Shown piece after piece: positions 30,579 to 40,280 of a stretch of 64,000 bases of DNA (the stretch's first letter is position 1; the number at the start of each line of letters is the position of its first letter). The notes under the pieces were generated by a model. The model ran no database searches and was not told where the DNA came from. It saw only the letters and a list, made by a program, of their open reading frames with translations. Position numbers and translations under genes: made by a program. The DNA lies in assembly GCA_020741275.1 (NCBI GenBank), contig DYZK01000025.1, positions 12,747 through 76,746 of the forward strand, read 5' to 3'. Source of the stretch: Corynebacterium urealyticum. GTDB lineage: Bacteria; Actinomycetota; Actinomycetes; Mycobacteriales; Mycobacteriaceae.

Positions 30579-31961
30579 ATGACCGACAAGCAGCAGAGTT
30601 CCCAGCCCCACACCGGGGCCGCCCGCCCGAAGCCGGGCCCACGCCCCGGCCCGGGTGCCATGCCCAAAAAGGTGAAGCCCACCCCGGGGATGAAGGCGCA
30701 AGCTCCTGTGGCAGTGCACCCAGTCAAGTCCACGCCAGCCGACTTCGGCCGAATCGACGCCGACGGTGCGGTATGGCTGCGCCGGGAAGGTCACGAGGAT
30801 CGCGTAGTCGGACAGTGGCAGGCGGGGACACTCGAGGAAGGGCTCAAGCACTTCGGGGCGAAATTTGATGACCTGGCCACGCAGGTCGCCACGCTCGAAA
30901 CGCGGCTGAGCGCCCAGCCGGAACAGGCGGCAGCTATCAAGGCCTCGGCCACCGATCTCCTCGACGGGTTGGATCATGCGGAGGTCGTGGGTGATCTCAA
31001 TGCTCTGCAGACCAAGCTTGAAGCGTTGCTGCGGGACTGTGACAAGGCGCAGCAGGACGTCGCGCAGGCCAAGGCGGAGCGCAAGGACCGGGCCCTCCAC
31101 GCTAAGAAGGCACTTGCCGAGGAGGCTGAGAAGCTGGGTGAAAGCTCCACCGAGTGGAAGGCAACGGGAGACCGTTTCCGCGCGATGGTCGACCAGTGGC
31201 GAAATTTCCGCGGCCTTGACCAGAAGACCGACGATGAGTTGTGGGACCGTTTCTCCCGGGCTCGCGAGCAGTTCAATAAGCGCCGTGGGGCTCACTTCGC
31301 AGACCTCGATAAGCAGCGCGAGGTGGCTCGCCGAAAGAAGGAGGAGTTGATTGTCGCCGCGGAGGAACTCCAGCACTCCACCCGCTGGGCAGAGACATCG
31401 GCAGCCTACCGCGACCTGATGGATGAGTGGAAGGCCGCCGGGCACGCCCCGCGCAATGTCGACGACGAGCTATGGGAGCGCTTCCGCGCAGCCCGCGAGG
31501 TGTTCTTCAGCGCCCGCAAGGCGGACCAGGATGCCCGCGACGAGGAATTCGAGGAGAATGCGACCAAGAAGCAGCAGCTGCTCGACGAATACTCCTCTCT
31601 GATCGACCCGAAGGCGCACCTTGAAAATGCCCAGCGCCTGCTGCGGGAGCTGCAGGAGAAATGGGACGAGATCGGCTTCGTGCCGCGGGCGAAGATCCGC
31701 GAATTCGAGGACAAGATCGGGGCTATCGAGAAGCGCGTCACGGACGCGGTTGATGAGAAGTGGCGCCAGACTGATCCGGAGTTGCAGGCTCGCGTGGACC
31801 AGTTTTTCGCTAAGGCGAAGGATCTGCAGCAGCAGGCGAATGAGGCCAAGGACGCTGCGAAGGATAAGCTCGCCGCTACGCTGCAGGAGCAGGCCGATCA
31901 GTGGCGCGACTGGGCGGAGACCGCACAGGCCTCCACCAAGTCCGATTCCGAGGAAAAATAA
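30579..31961 (+). CDS. DUF349 domain-containing protein
   Basis: Repeated roughly 75-aa helical units carry the W..RF..AR..F signature (DELWDRFSRAREQFNKRR, DELWERFRAAREVFFSAR). The position matches Rv2731. Confidence 0.8.
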   Translation: MTDKQQSSQPHTGAARPKPGPRPGPGAMPKKVKPTPGMKAQAPVAVHPVKSTPADFGRIDADGAVWLRREGHEDRVVGQWQAGTLEEGLKHFGAKFDDLATQVATLETRLSAQPEQAAAIKASATDLLDGLDHAEVVGDLNALQTKLEALLRDCDKAQQDVAQAKAERKDRALHAKKALAEEAEKLGESSTEWKATGDRFRAMVDQWRNFRGLDQKTDDELWDRFSRAREQFNKRRGAHFADLDKQREVARRKKEELIVAAEELQHSTRWAETSAAYRDLMDEWKAAGHAPRNVDDELWERFRAAREVFFSARKADQDARDEEFEENATKKQQLLDEYSSLIDPKAHLENAQRLLRELQEKWDEIGFVPRAKIREFEDKIGAIEKRVTDAVDEKWRQTDPELQARVDQFFAKAKDLQQQANEAKDAAKDKLAATLQEQADQWRDWAETAQASTKSDSEEK

Positions 31962-32025
31962 GAGAGAGGCCTAAGCCCCCTCAGCTATTGTTCTACGTCA
32001 AGCCCGAGGGCTTGTCTTTAGCTCG

Positions 32026-32823
32026 TTACCCCTCGGTTTTCTTATCACCGTCGGTCGTGCGGCGGCGCTGCTTTGCACGAGCGCGACGATCATCAACGAT
32101 GTCCTCGAGCTCAGCCTTCGGCCATTCCTCGACACCTGTGCGCAGACGCTGCTGGGCGGCCTGCGCCTCAGCGGAACGGTGTGCCTCCTCGCGGCGAGCG
32201 GCCGCGAGCGCGCGCTGCAATGGGTTTCGGCGGAACAGCACCCACGTGATCATCACAAACAGGATCGTCATTCCGATCGCACCTATGACCAAGCCATAAG
32301 AAGGTGGGCCGGCGGGGTCGGTGACCGGGCGAGATTGGCGCATCCAAATCGCGAACACGCTATACCACCAGCCGACGCCTGCGAAAGCCCAGTTGACCCA
32401 GGCCACCAGCCAGGATCGAGACACGATTGTGCCGATGGTCAGCAGGATGCCGCCCAGAACAGCGAGGGTGGCGTACACCCTTTCCGGCATGGTGATCTGG
32501 AACTTCTGTGCGGTCGGCGAGTTGAAAAGCACGTCGATACCCAGCACGTCGCGGGAGTGCGGCAGGAAAAGAGAGACGAGCACCAACATGAGCCCGAGTG
32601 CCATGGCCGGCAGCTGCTGGCGGTAGTCGACCATCTTCGCGGCCTTCTCCTCGGCAGCGGTGAGGTCGCCTCGGTAGGCGGCCAGAGGGTCCTTGCGTCG
32701 AGTTTCCTCAGTATTTCCGGCTACGCCAGCTTTGCTCCCTTGCGTCGCATCTGCGGAATTCGCGTCGTTCTTTTTAGTCACAGCCACACCCTTCGTGGAC
32801 GTTTTTGGGCGCCGCGGTTGCAT
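32026..32823 (-). CDS. conserved integral membrane protein (Rv2732c-position)
   Basis: Four predicted TM helices and a basic C-terminal tail. It lies immediately downstream of miaB, and the longest frame overlaps the miaB 3-prime end by 50 nt. The true start may be GTG 32784. Confidence 0.55.
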   Translation of the reverse strand: MQPRRPKTSTKGVAVTKKNDANSADATQGSKAGVAGNTEETRRKDPLAAYRGDLTAAEEKAAKMVDYRQQLPAMALGLMLVLVSLFLPHSRDVLGIDVLFNSPTAQKFQITMPERVYATLAVLGGILLTIGTIVSRSWLVAWVNWAFAGVGWWYSVFAIWMRQSRPVTDPAGPPSYGLVIGAIGMTILFVMITWVLFRRNPLQRALAAARREEAHRSAEAQAAQQRLRTGVEEWPKAELEDIVDDRRARAKQRRRTTDGDKKTEG

Positions 32824-34315
32824 CAGCCTGGGGCTTAATACCGATGGTTGGCACGCCGAGGCTCACCCCGATCGGCGCGGTGGTCGGGGTCTGGCCGGCA
32901 CCTGACATGTCGCCGGCCTTGGTCAACCGGTGGTTGACGAGTGGGCCGTCCGCAATCAGGAAGAACGGACGGGCGTCGGTAATCGTGACTTCAACTATAT
33001 CCCCAGGACGAACGTCTTCGCCTGGGGTGAAGTGCACGAGCCTGCCGTCCCGGGCACGGCCCGACATGCGGTGGCGCTGGGCGTCCTTGCGACCACCGGT
33101 CTCTTGGACGAGCAGTTCCTGAGTCGTCCCCACCAGAGCCTTGTTATCCTCGGCCTGAATGCGTTCCTGCAGTGCAATGAGGCGCTCGTAGCGCTCCTGT
33201 ACGACGGCCTTTGGGATCTGGTCCGGCATGGTAGCTGCCGGGGTGCCGGGGCGTGGCGAGTACTGAAAGGTAAATGCGCTGGAAAAGCGCGCCTTCTCGA
33301 CGACGTCGAGGGTTGCCTGGAAGTCCTCTTCCGTTTCGCCAGGGAATCCCACGATGATGTCGGTGGTGATAGCCGCGTGCGGAATGCGCTCGCGGACCTT
33401 GTCGAGGATCCCCAGGAATTTCTTCGAACGGTAGGAGCGACGCATCTCCTTGAGGATGCGGTCGGAGCCCGACTGCAGCGGCATGTGCAGCTGAGGGCAG
33501 ACGTTGGGGGTCTCGGCCATCGCATCGATGACGTCATCGGTGAATTCAGCAGGATGTGGGCTGGTGAAACGCAGCCGCTCGAGCCCCTCAATCTCACCGC
33601 AAGCGCGCAACAGCTTGGCAAATGCGCCCCGGTCTCGCGGCAGATCCTCGTCGGCGAAGTTCACGCCGTAGGCATTGACGTTTTGTCCCAGCAGGGTGAC
33701 CTCCTGCACGCCCTGGTCCACTAGGGCCTGAACCTCTGCCAGGATCTCCCCCGGCCTGCGGTCCTGCTCTTTGCCCCGCAGCGAGGGCACGATGCAGAAG
33801 GTGCAGGTGTTATTGCAGCCGACAGAGACCGATACCCAACCCGAGTAAGCGGATTCCCGCTTTGCCGGGAGCACAGAAGGGAACTCCTCGAGGGAGTCGA
33901 GGATCTCGACTTCTGCCCGCTGGTTGTGTGCGGAACGCTCCAGCAGGGTGGGTAGCGAGCCGATGTTGTGGGTGCCGAACACGACGTCCACCCAAGGGGC
34001 GCGGTCGACCACCGCGTCCTTGTCCTTCTGCGCCATGCAGCCGCCAACGGCGATCTGCATGCCGGGGTTACGGTCCTTCATGGGCTTGACCATGGCGAGC
34101 GTTCCGTACAGCCGGTTGTCCGCGTTCTCCCGCACCGCGCAGGTGTTGAAGACGAGGACGTCAGGTTCCTCACCGTTGGCCGCAGGCTGATAGCCCGAGT
34201 CCTCGAGGAGCCCGGAGAGTCGCTCGGAATCGTGAACGTTCATCTGGCAGCCGAAGGTGCGGACCTCGTAGGTGCGCTGTTCGGGCTGCTCGGATGCGGA
34301 AGTTTTCTTCTCCAT
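32774..34315 (-). CDS. miaB: tRNA-i6A 2-methylthiotransferase MiaB (radical SAM)
   Basis: [11 protein letters not shown] (UPF0004 domain), the radical-SAM cluster motif [12 protein letters not shown] and a TRAM domain. The start is chosen at ATG 34315 and the ORF is open to 34396. Confidence 0.95.
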   Translation of the reverse strand: MEKKTSASEQPEQRTYEVRTFGCQMNVHDSERLSGLLEDSGYQPAANGEEPDVLVFNTCAVRENADNRLYGTLAMVKPMKDRNPGMQIAVGGCMAQKDKDAVVDRAPWVDVVFGTHNIGSLPTLLERSAHNQRAEVEILDSLEEFPSVLPAKRESAYSGWVSVSVGCNNTCTFCIVPSLRGKEQDRRPGEILAEVQALVDQGVQEVTLLGQNVNAYGVNFADEDLPRDRGAFAKLLRACGEIEGLERLRFTSPHPAEFTDDVIDAMAETPNVCPQLHMPLQSGSDRILKEMRRSYRSKKFLGILDKVRERIPHAAITTDIIVGFPGETEEDFQATLDVVEKARFSSAFTFQYSPRPGTPAATMPDQIPKAVVQERYERLIALQERIQAEDNKALVGTTQELLVQETGGRKDAQRHRMSGRARDGRLVHFTPGEDVRPGDIVEVTITDARPFFLIADGPLVNHRLTKAGDMSGAGQTPTTAPIGVSLGVPTIGIKPQADATAAPKNVHEGCGCD

Positions 34316-34407
34316 AGCGTGAGTCACGTGTGCAGATCCTACCCCCAGAGCGGGAGTGAACACGAACCGTGTCGCGCCCGCCACTGCCCAGCACACCGGA
34401 CCTAGTG

Positions 34408-35049
34408 CTAACCAGATTTAAGCTCTGCGAGCTGCTGGTCCAACGCCTCACGGGCGTATGCCAGGCTGGTTCCCGCGGGGAATCCGCGGCGGGCAGCGAC
34501 CCCTACTACTCGCTTGAGGAATTTATTGTATTCAGCACGGTCCGCAGGCACAGCACGGATGCTCGCGGCCTTCTTATCGATCAGGCTACGCATAATCGCG
34601 TCCTGATCTTCCTCATCGACGAGCTCCACAGCGGCGTCGATGTGGTTCTCGGCGACCCCCTTGTCCCGGAGCTCACGGCGCAGCACAGCGACAGATTTCT
34701 TTTGGTTCCGGCTTCTTTGCTCGACCCAGAGCCGCGCGAACTCGCCGTCATCAAGCATGCCGTTGCGCTGGCAGCGGTCGACGACTTCCCTGACGAGTTC
34801 CGGAGCATAGTCCTGTTTGAGCAGCCGCTCCTCGAGTTCCGCCACAGAGCGTGGACGGTGGTTAATGAGGCTTTGCGCCCGGTTGATCACCGGGGCGAGA
34901 GCCTCCTCCTTCTCCCGATCGACGAGCTGGCGACCGCTCCCCTGCGTCCAGGATTCAATTGCCTGCCGCAGCGCGGCAATCTTTTGTTCCCGACTGCCCG
35001 GGGTATCCCCGGCCGTTGTCGCATGGTCGGCTGCATCGCCTTTAGTCAC
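34408..35049 (-). CDS. recX: recombination regulator RecX
   Basis: A helical-repeat protein immediately downstream of recA (8-nt gap), 213 aa. The [10 protein letters not shown] and FARLWVEQR segments are typical of RecX. Confidence 0.9.
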   Translation of the reverse strand: MTKGDAADHATTAGDTPGSREQKIAALRQAIESWTQGSGRQLVDREKEEALAPVINRAQSLINHRPRSVAELEERLLKQDYAPELVREVVDRCQRNGMLDDGEFARLWVEQRSRNQKKSVAVLRRELRDKGVAENHIDAAVELVDEEDQDAIMRSLIDKKAASIRAVPADRAEYNKFLKRVVGVAARRGFPAGTSLAYAREALDQQLAELKSG

Positions 35050-35057
35050 GGCAGGGC

Positions 35058-36173
35058 CTAGTTCTCCGGCTCGACGTCTTGGTCATCAAAGTTAGGCACC
35101 ACGTCGATCGGCTTATCATCGTCGGCGATCGGCTCGTCCTTCGCGTTGGCGTAGGGACCAACCTTGAGCTCCTGCATGATGCGGTCCTCCAGCTGTTCGG
35201 CCAGCTCGGGGTTCGACTTCAGGAAATCACGAGCCTTTTCCTTGCCCTGGCCGAGCTGCTCACCCTCATAGGTGAACCAGGATCCCGACTTCTTAATAAT
35301 CCCGGCGTCCACGCCGAGGTCGAGGATCGAGCCCTCTCGGGAAATGCCCTCACCGTAGAGGATGTCGAACTCGGCGATCTTGAACGGCGGCGAGACCTTA
35401 TTCTTGACGATCTTCAACCGGGTGCGGTTACCCACCACATCCTGGCCGTCCTTCAGTGCCTGGATGCGGCGGATGTCGCAGCGAACGGAGGCGTAGAACT
35501 TCAGGGCCTTACCGCCGGTGGTCGTCTCCGGGGAACCGAACATCACGCCGATCTTCTCACGCAGCTGGTTAATGAAGATCGCAGTCGTACCAGTCTGGTA
35601 CAGCGCGCTAGTCATCTTGCGAAGGGCCTGGCTCATCAGTCGAGCCTGGAGACCCACGTGGGAATCTCCCATTTCGCCGTCGATCTCTGCCTTGGGGGTC
35701 AGTGCGGCAACGGAGTCAATGACGACCACATCGATCGCACCAGATCGCACCAGCATGTCCGCAATTTCGAGGGCCTGCTCACCCGTATCTGGCTGGGAGA
35801 CCAATAGCGCATCTGTATCCACGCCCAGAGCCTTGGCGTACTCCGGGTCGAGCGCGTGCTCGGCATCAATGAAAGCTGCAATGCCGCCGCCCTTCTGGGC
35901 TTCAGCAATGGCGTGCAGCGCGACGGTGGTCTTACCCGAGGACTCCGGTCCGTAAATCTCTACGACGCGGCCACGCGGGAAGCCCCCGATACCCAGAGCG
36001 ACATTGATGGCGATATTGCCCGACGGGATTGCGCTAATGGGTGGGCGATTTTCATCGCCCAGACGCATGATCGCCCCTTTACCGAAATCCTTCTCGATCT
36101 GGGCCATTGCCAGATCGAGAGCCTTGGATCGATCCTTCTGTGCCGCCGTGGTGGCCTTCTTCTTTGGTGCCAT
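35058..36173 (-). CDS. recA: recombinase RecA (no intein)
   Basis: [32 protein letters not shown] Walker [11 protein letters not shown] and [10 protein letters not shown]. Size is 371 aa. Confidence 0.98.
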   Translation of the reverse strand: MAPKKKATTAAQKDRSKALDLAMAQIEKDFGKGAIMRLGDENRPPISAIPSGNIAINVALGIGGFPRGRVVEIYGPESSGKTTVALHAIAEAQKGGGIAAFIDAEHALDPEYAKALGVDTDALLVSQPDTGEQALEIADMLVRSGAIDVVVIDSVAALTPKAEIDGEMGDSHVGLQARLMSQALRKMTSALYQTGTTAIFINQLREKIGVMFGSPETTTGGKALKFYASVRCDIRRIQALKDGQDVVGNRTRLKIVKNKVSPPFKIAEFDILYGEGISREGSILDLGVDAGIIKKSGSWFTYEGEQLGQGKEKARDFLKSNPELAEQLEDRIMQELKVGPYANAKDEPIADDDKPIDVVPNFDDQDVEPEN

Positions 36174-36466
36174 GACACTCTCCTCGTTTTCGCGTCTGTA
36201 TTTTCGTTCTGGTCTTTATAAATTCAAGCCGCCAACGTGGCGTCAACTCGCCGCGCATCCGCGTGGCTGGGACGAAAGCTAGTGCCGTCCGCTTGGGGGC
36301 TAGTTCTATCACCCGCAGCGGACACCGATCTCGTCCACCTGAGCTCGCTGTGGGCAGCGATCGTGGCTATCCACAGGAGCATGAAGTACTGGCACGTTGT
36401 TGGGATTTAGTTATAGGACACCGGGCAGACACGCACCGCGCCACCCACTACCTCGCCCCACATTAC

Positions 36467-36482
36467 ACGAACCTTTGTTCGA
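36467..36482. promoter_or_regulatory. LexA (SOS) box ACGAACCTTTGTTCGA upstream of recA
   Basis: A perfect CGAAC-N4-GTTCG palindrome. The second half-overlapping element TTCGATTTATTCGAA follows at 36478-36492. The box lies 294 bp upstream of the recA ATG. Confidence 0.8.
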
Positions 36483-36583
36483 TTTATTCGAACGGCGCGC
36501 CACGGTCTTTCGCCGATTCTCCGTATCCCTCATCCCGCTTGTAGGCAATGCACATGGGACAACAGCTCTGCACCCTGCACGCT

Positions 36584-36790
36584 TCAGTCATCCTCCCCGA
36601 GCATCCGCTCTTCGGGGATTTCAAAGTCGCGGCAAAGCTCCCACCACACATTTCGCGGCTCTTCGCCTGCCTCGATCGCCTCCTCCGCGGTTTTGCCCAG
36701 CCTGGACAAAACGTGACTTTCCACGATCCAACCACCGTAGGTGGCGCCAAACTCGCCCGCGATAAGCCGGTCAAACTCGGTTCTTCTCAT
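36584..36790 (-). CDS. DUF3046 domain-containing protein
   Basis: MRRTEFDRLIAGEFGATYGGWIVESHVL...ARNVWWELCRDFEIPE pattern, 68 aa. It occupies the conserved position upstream of recA (Rv2738c-like). Confidence 0.8.
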   Translation of the reverse strand: MRRTEFDRLIAGEFGATYGGWIVESHVLSRLGKTAEEAIEAGEEPRNVWWELCRDFEIPEERMLGEDD

Positions 36791-36814
36791 GCCCGGACGC
36801 TAGCACACAAATAG

Positions 36815-36841
36815 TTGAACAAAACGGGAGGTTTTACTCAA
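36815..36841. promoter_or_regulatory. imperfect inverted repeat TTGAACAAAAC-N5-GTTTTACTCAA upstream of bioY (candidate operator)
   Basis: 9 of 11 positions are complementary. The repeat lies in an AT-rich spacer 23 nt before the bioY ATG. Its left arm contains the TGAAC half-site reported for BioQ-type biotin regulators. Confidence 0.3.
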
Positions 36842-36863
36842 TGACTTGTTAATATATCCATCG

Positions 36864-37466
36864 ATGAAAACTCTCAATGTCCGCGACCTCGGCGCGATCG
36901 TCGCATTCGCCGCCATGACCATCGCACTCGGCGCAGTATCCATTCCTATCGGTTTCACCGGTGTGCCGATTGTCCTCCAGAACATGGGTGTAGTCCTCAC
37001 CGCCATGATTCTCGGTTGCCTCCGTGGTGGGCTATCCATCAGCCTTTTCGTCGGGGTCGGCCTCGTGGGCGTGCCGAACCTCGCCGGATGGAACCCGACG
37101 ATTTCCGCGATTTCCGGACCAACCATCGGCTATATCGTGGGCTATATCTTCGCAGCCTTCATCGTCGGTGCGATCTCCCAAGTAATCCTTGGCCGTCAAA
37201 ACCGCGCTGCCCAGCCCGGCCAGAGCTGGGCTTCCATCGTTGGGTTGACTCTCGCTGGTGTGCTCGGCATGGCCGTGATGTATCTCTCCGGGTCCGTCGG
37301 CCTAATGTTCCGGCTCGGCCTTGATTTCCCGGGCGCCCTGGTGTCGAATGCGCCGTTTATCCTTCCGGACCTGATTAAGTGCGTCGCCGCCGCGGTCATC
37401 ACTTTCGGCGTCTTCCGCGCCGTACCCCACCTGGTTCCCGCCGCCAACCTGCGTTCTCGCGACTAG
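36864..37466 (+). CDS. bioY: biotin ECF transporter S component BioY
   Basis: BioY-family hydrophobic protein (IPIGFTGVPIVLQNMGVVLTAMILG, GPTIGYIVGY). It is followed by ECF A and T components. Confidence 0.9.
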   Translation: MKTLNVRDLGAIVAFAAMTIALGAVSIPIGFTGVPIVLQNMGVVLTAMILGCLRGGLSISLFVGVGLVGVPNLAGWNPTISAISGPTIGYIVGYIFAAFIVGAISQVILGRQNRAAQPGQSWASIVGLTLAGVLGMAVMYLSGSVGLMFRLGLDFPGALVSNAPFILPDLIKCVAAAVITFGVFRAVPHLVPAANLRSRD

Positions 37467-37480
37467 CTTTCCCTCAACCC

Positions 37481-38188
37481 ATGCCACTCATCGAGTTCCG
37501 CGATCTCACGTTACGGGGCATCGGCCGCTCCCCCGACGCCCCGCCGATTCTCGATTCGATCACCCTCAGCCTCTCCGAGCATCGCATCGGCATCATCGGC
37601 GCCAATGGCTCCGGAAAGTCCTCCCTGGTGCGGTGCATCAATGGGCTCAACATTCCCGACGAGGGAGAGGTCACCGTCGATGGGCTCTCCACAGCGAAGC
37701 GCGCCGGAGACATTCGACGCCAGGTGGGCTTCCTGTTCTCCAACGCGGATAACCAGATCATCATGCCCACCGTCGCCGAGGACGTCGGGTTCTCGCTGAG
37801 GGGCAAGAAGCTGAGCCGACAGGACAAGCACGCGGCAGTGAACGAAATCCTCGACCAGCTGGGGCTGGCAGGGAAGGAAGACCAGTCACCCCACACCCTT
37901 TCCGGCGGGGAAAAACAGCTCCTTGGGCTGGCATCGATCCTCGTGATGCGCCCGCACCTCATCATCGCCGACGAGCCGACCACGCTGCTCGACCTACGCA
38001 ACCGCCAACGTATTGCCCGCACACTGGCTGCCTTGGAGCAACAGCTGATCGTGGTCTCGCATGATCTAGAGCTCTTCGACGAGTTCGATAGGGTTATCTG
38101 GATCGACGAGGGCCGTATCCGGGCTGATAGTGCCCGCGGTGGTTCCGTCACTACTGTGCTCTCGGACTACCGGACGTGCATGCTGTGA
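37481..38188 (+). CDS. bioM: ECF transporter ATPase component BioM
   Basis: GANGSGKSS Walker A, the LSGGEKQLL signature and IIADEPTTLLD Walker B. ATG 37481 is chosen, and the ORF is open to 37379 through the bioY 3-prime end. Confidence 0.88.
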   Translation: MPLIEFRDLTLRGIGRSPDAPPILDSITLSLSEHRIGIIGANGSGKSSLVRCINGLNIPDEGEVTVDGLSTAKRAGDIRRQVGFLFSNADNQIIMPTVAEDVGFSLRGKKLSRQDKHAAVNEILDQLGLAGKEDQSPHTLSGGEKQLLGLASILVMRPHLIIADEPTTLLDLRNRQRIARTLAALEQQLIVVSHDLELFDEFDRVIWIDEGRIRADSARGGSVTTVLSDYRTCML

Positions 38189-38811
38189 GATTGCCCCGCA
38201 TCAACACGGCTGCCCCGGTTCTCTACATCCCGACGGGATCGCTCATTCATAGGCTTCCCGCCGGCGTGAAGCTCACGGGGCTCATTGCTTTTCTCGTGCT
38301 CGCTGCAATTTTCGCGAAGACGTTAGTGGCTGGTGCGGGTTGTGTGGTGGCAGCGGTGACCGCCTACGCGCTAGCGAGAATCCCCTGGCGCACTGCACTG
38401 CGCCAGCTCACTCCGATTCTCATCATTCTGCTGGCCTTCGGCGCGTTGACGTGGTGGCGCAGCGGACTGGGCGAGGCGCTGGTGCGTTTCCTGGTTCTCT
38501 GGGCCTCGGTCTCCGTAGCAATCCTGTTGACGATGACCACCAAGGTCTCCGACCTCCAACGAGCCGTAGAGCGGGCGCTCGCTCCAGCAGCCGCCGTCGG
38601 CCTGCCAGTGGACAAGATCTCCCTGGCAATCAGCCTGACGATCCACATGATCCCCCTCCAGCTGCGCACCATCAATGAGGTCGTAGAAGCACAACAGGCC
38701 CGAGGCGGAAAGTTCTCCGCCCGGGCCTTGGGGATCCCCCTGGTGATCCGCACGTTGCTTCGCGGCCGGGAAGTCGGCGAGGCGCTGCAGGCGCGCGGGG
38801 TGGGCGATTAG
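38176..38811 (+). CDS. bioN: ECF transporter T (transmembrane) component BioN/CbiQ family
   Basis: LHRLPAGVKLTGL start region and multi-TM topology, with the ARG..F motif (QQARGGKF). It overlaps the bioM stop by 13 nt. Confidence 0.85.
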   Translation: MHAVRLPRINTAAPVLYIPTGSLIHRLPAGVKLTGLIAFLVLAAIFAKTLVAGAGCVVAAVTAYALARIPWRTALRQLTPILIILLAFGALTWWRSGLGEALVRFLVLWASVSVAILLTMTTKVSDLQRAVERALAPAAAVGLPVDKISLAISLTIHMIPLQLRTINEVVEAQQARGGKFSARALGIPLVIRTLLRGREVGEALQARGVGD

Positions 38812-38831
38812 TCGCCCGGCTCAAGAAAGGC

Positions 38832-39698
38832 TTAGTTCCCTTCGCGCAGTTGGCGCATACGCTCGGCAACGGCATCCGCATTCGGCTGCGCCTGCTGATC
38901 GGCAGGCTGCGCAGCGCCAGCAGCCCCGGTGGAACCGGCGTCGATGGACTTCTGGGCCGAACCGCTGATCTGACCCTGCTCCTTACGCATCTCCGAGCGG
39001 ATCTGCTCGAGGCGGGAATGCCCCGCGAGCTGGGTGCTGGCCTGGTTAATGTCCGCCATGCGCCCCTGCACCGAGTTCTGGGCAAGCTCCGCCTGGCCCA
39101 ACGCACGCGCGTAGCGGCCCTCGATCTTCTCCCGCACCTGGTCAAGGTTCGGCGAGGAGCCAGAGACGGACTGGTTCATCGCCTGCAGAGATTCCGCGAC
39201 CTTCTCCTGCATCTTCGCCTGCTCCAGCTGGCTGAGCAGCTTGGTTCGCTCGGCCACCTTCTGCTGCAGCTGCATGGAGTTGCGCTCGACGGCCTGCTTC
39301 GCCTGATTAGCCTGCTGGAGCGACTGGTCGTGAAGCCCCTTGAGGTCCTCCACGGACTGCTCCGCTGTCACCAGCTGGGCGGCAAAAGCTTCAGCAGCGT
39401 TGGTGTACTCAGCAGCCTTCGCAGCGTCACCGTTGCTCTGCGCATCATCCGCGAGCTTCAGCGCCTGGCGCGTGTTGTCCTGGAGCTTCTCCACCTCAGC
39501 CAGCTGGCGGTTTAGCTTCATCTCCAGTTGGCGTTGGTTGCCGATGACCGCTGCTGCCTGCTGAGACAGCGCCTGATGCTGGCGCTGAGCTTCCTGGATG
39601 GCCTGCTCAATCTGGATCTTCGGATCCGCATTCTCTTCAATCTTGGAGTCGAAGAGAGCCATGAGGTACTTCCACGCCTTAGTGAAGGGATTTGCCAT
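38832..39698 (-). CDS. pspA: PspA/IM30 family protein
   Basis: [38 protein letters not shown]... is a long coiled coil. It lies directly downstream of clgR, as in the mycobacterial clgR-pspA unit. Confidence 0.9.
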   Translation of the reverse strand: MANPFTKAWKYLMALFDSKIEENADPKIQIEQAIQEAQRQHQALSQQAAAVIGNQRQLEMKLNRQLAEVEKLQDNTRQALKLADDAQSNGDAAKAAEYTNAAEAFAAQLVTAEQSVEDLKGLHDQSLQQANQAKQAVERNSMQLQQKVAERTKLLSQLEQAKMQEKVAESLQAMNQSVSGSSPNLDQVREKIEGRYARALGQAELAQNSVQGRMADINQASTQLAGHSRLEQIRSEMRKEQGQISGSAQKSIDAGSTGAAGAAQPADQQAQPNADAVAERMRQLREGN

Positions 39699-39805
39699 GC
39701 GGACTGCACTCCTTGGGGATAACTATCGACAAAAGTTTTGCCCGCCCCATGGGAGACGAGCCTCATCTGCGCTAATTTTAGCAGCATCTGGGCTGCGGAT
39801 ATCGG

Positions 39806-40246
39806 TTAGTTCACGCGCGCCATCGACGAAGCCAGCTCAGCCGCAGCCGCATCGAGGGTCATCATGGACGCCGCCTCGAGGATCGCCGAAGCGACGCTGA
39901 TCCCCATAGCGTGGCACACGCTTGCGAGCAGCTCAGAAGATACTTCCTTGCGCCCCCGCTCCAGCTCCGAAAGATAACCAGGGCTGACGTTGGCGAGCTT
40001 GGCGAGCTCCCGGAGGGTGAACCCTGTCTGGCGACGCGTATCACGCAGCGTCGCACCGAGAGCTTCTCGCAGCAGTGGCTCATCGCTGGGGGCCATCGGA
40101 ATGGAGGCGTCCCAGTTCTGCTCCAGCACGTGCTCCGCGCTGAAGTCATCCAGCTTCTCCGACGAATAAGGTCGCTGAACGCCCGCGCGGGAAGCGTCTT
40201 CCCTGCGCGAGGAGGAATCTAGCAGCAAAATGTTTTCTACCATCAC
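39806..40246 (-). CDS. clgR: XRE-family HTH regulator ClgR
   Basis: LRDTRRQTGFTLRELAKLANVSPGYLSELERGRKEVSSELLASVCHAMG. The position lies between cinA/pgsA and pspA. The start is GTG 40246 or ATG 40243, immediately after the ECF-type promoter. Confidence 0.85.
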   Translation of the reverse strand: MMVENILLLDSSSRREDASRAGVQRPYSSEKLDDFSAEHVLEQNWDASIPMAPSDEPLLREALGATLRDTRRQTGFTLRELAKLANVSPGYLSELERGRKEVSSELLASVCHAMGISVASAILEAASMMTLDAAAAELASSMARVN

Positions 40247-40253
40247 TACTTAT

Positions 40254-40280
40254 AACGAACCTGGCGGCCTATTTGTTCCC
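40254..40280 (-). promoter_or_regulatory. ECF (SigE/SigH-type) promoter GGGAAC-N18-GTT for clgR, embedded in the 3-prime end of cinA
   Basis: The minus strand reads GGGAAC (40280-40275), an 18-nt spacer and GTT (40256-40254). Only 7 nt separate GTT from the GTG-ATG start, which implies a leaderless mRNA. Confidence 0.6.

Noticed and set aside
36187-36210. CGAAAATACAGACGCGAAAACG, just upstream of the recA ATG, as a proximal SOS box.
   Set aside because: The right half (AGAC/GCGA) does not match GTTC. There are about 10 matches of 14 defined positions at best, and the GAAC-N4-GTTC core is absent. The distal box at 36467-36482 is far better.
39745-39775. The palindrome tgcGCTAAttTTAGCagca between clgR and pspA, as a ClgR operator or terminator.
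   Set aside because: It does not fit the GTTCGC-N5-GCG(AAC) ClgR consensus. The stem is short and AT-rich and has no U-tract. It is too weak to call.
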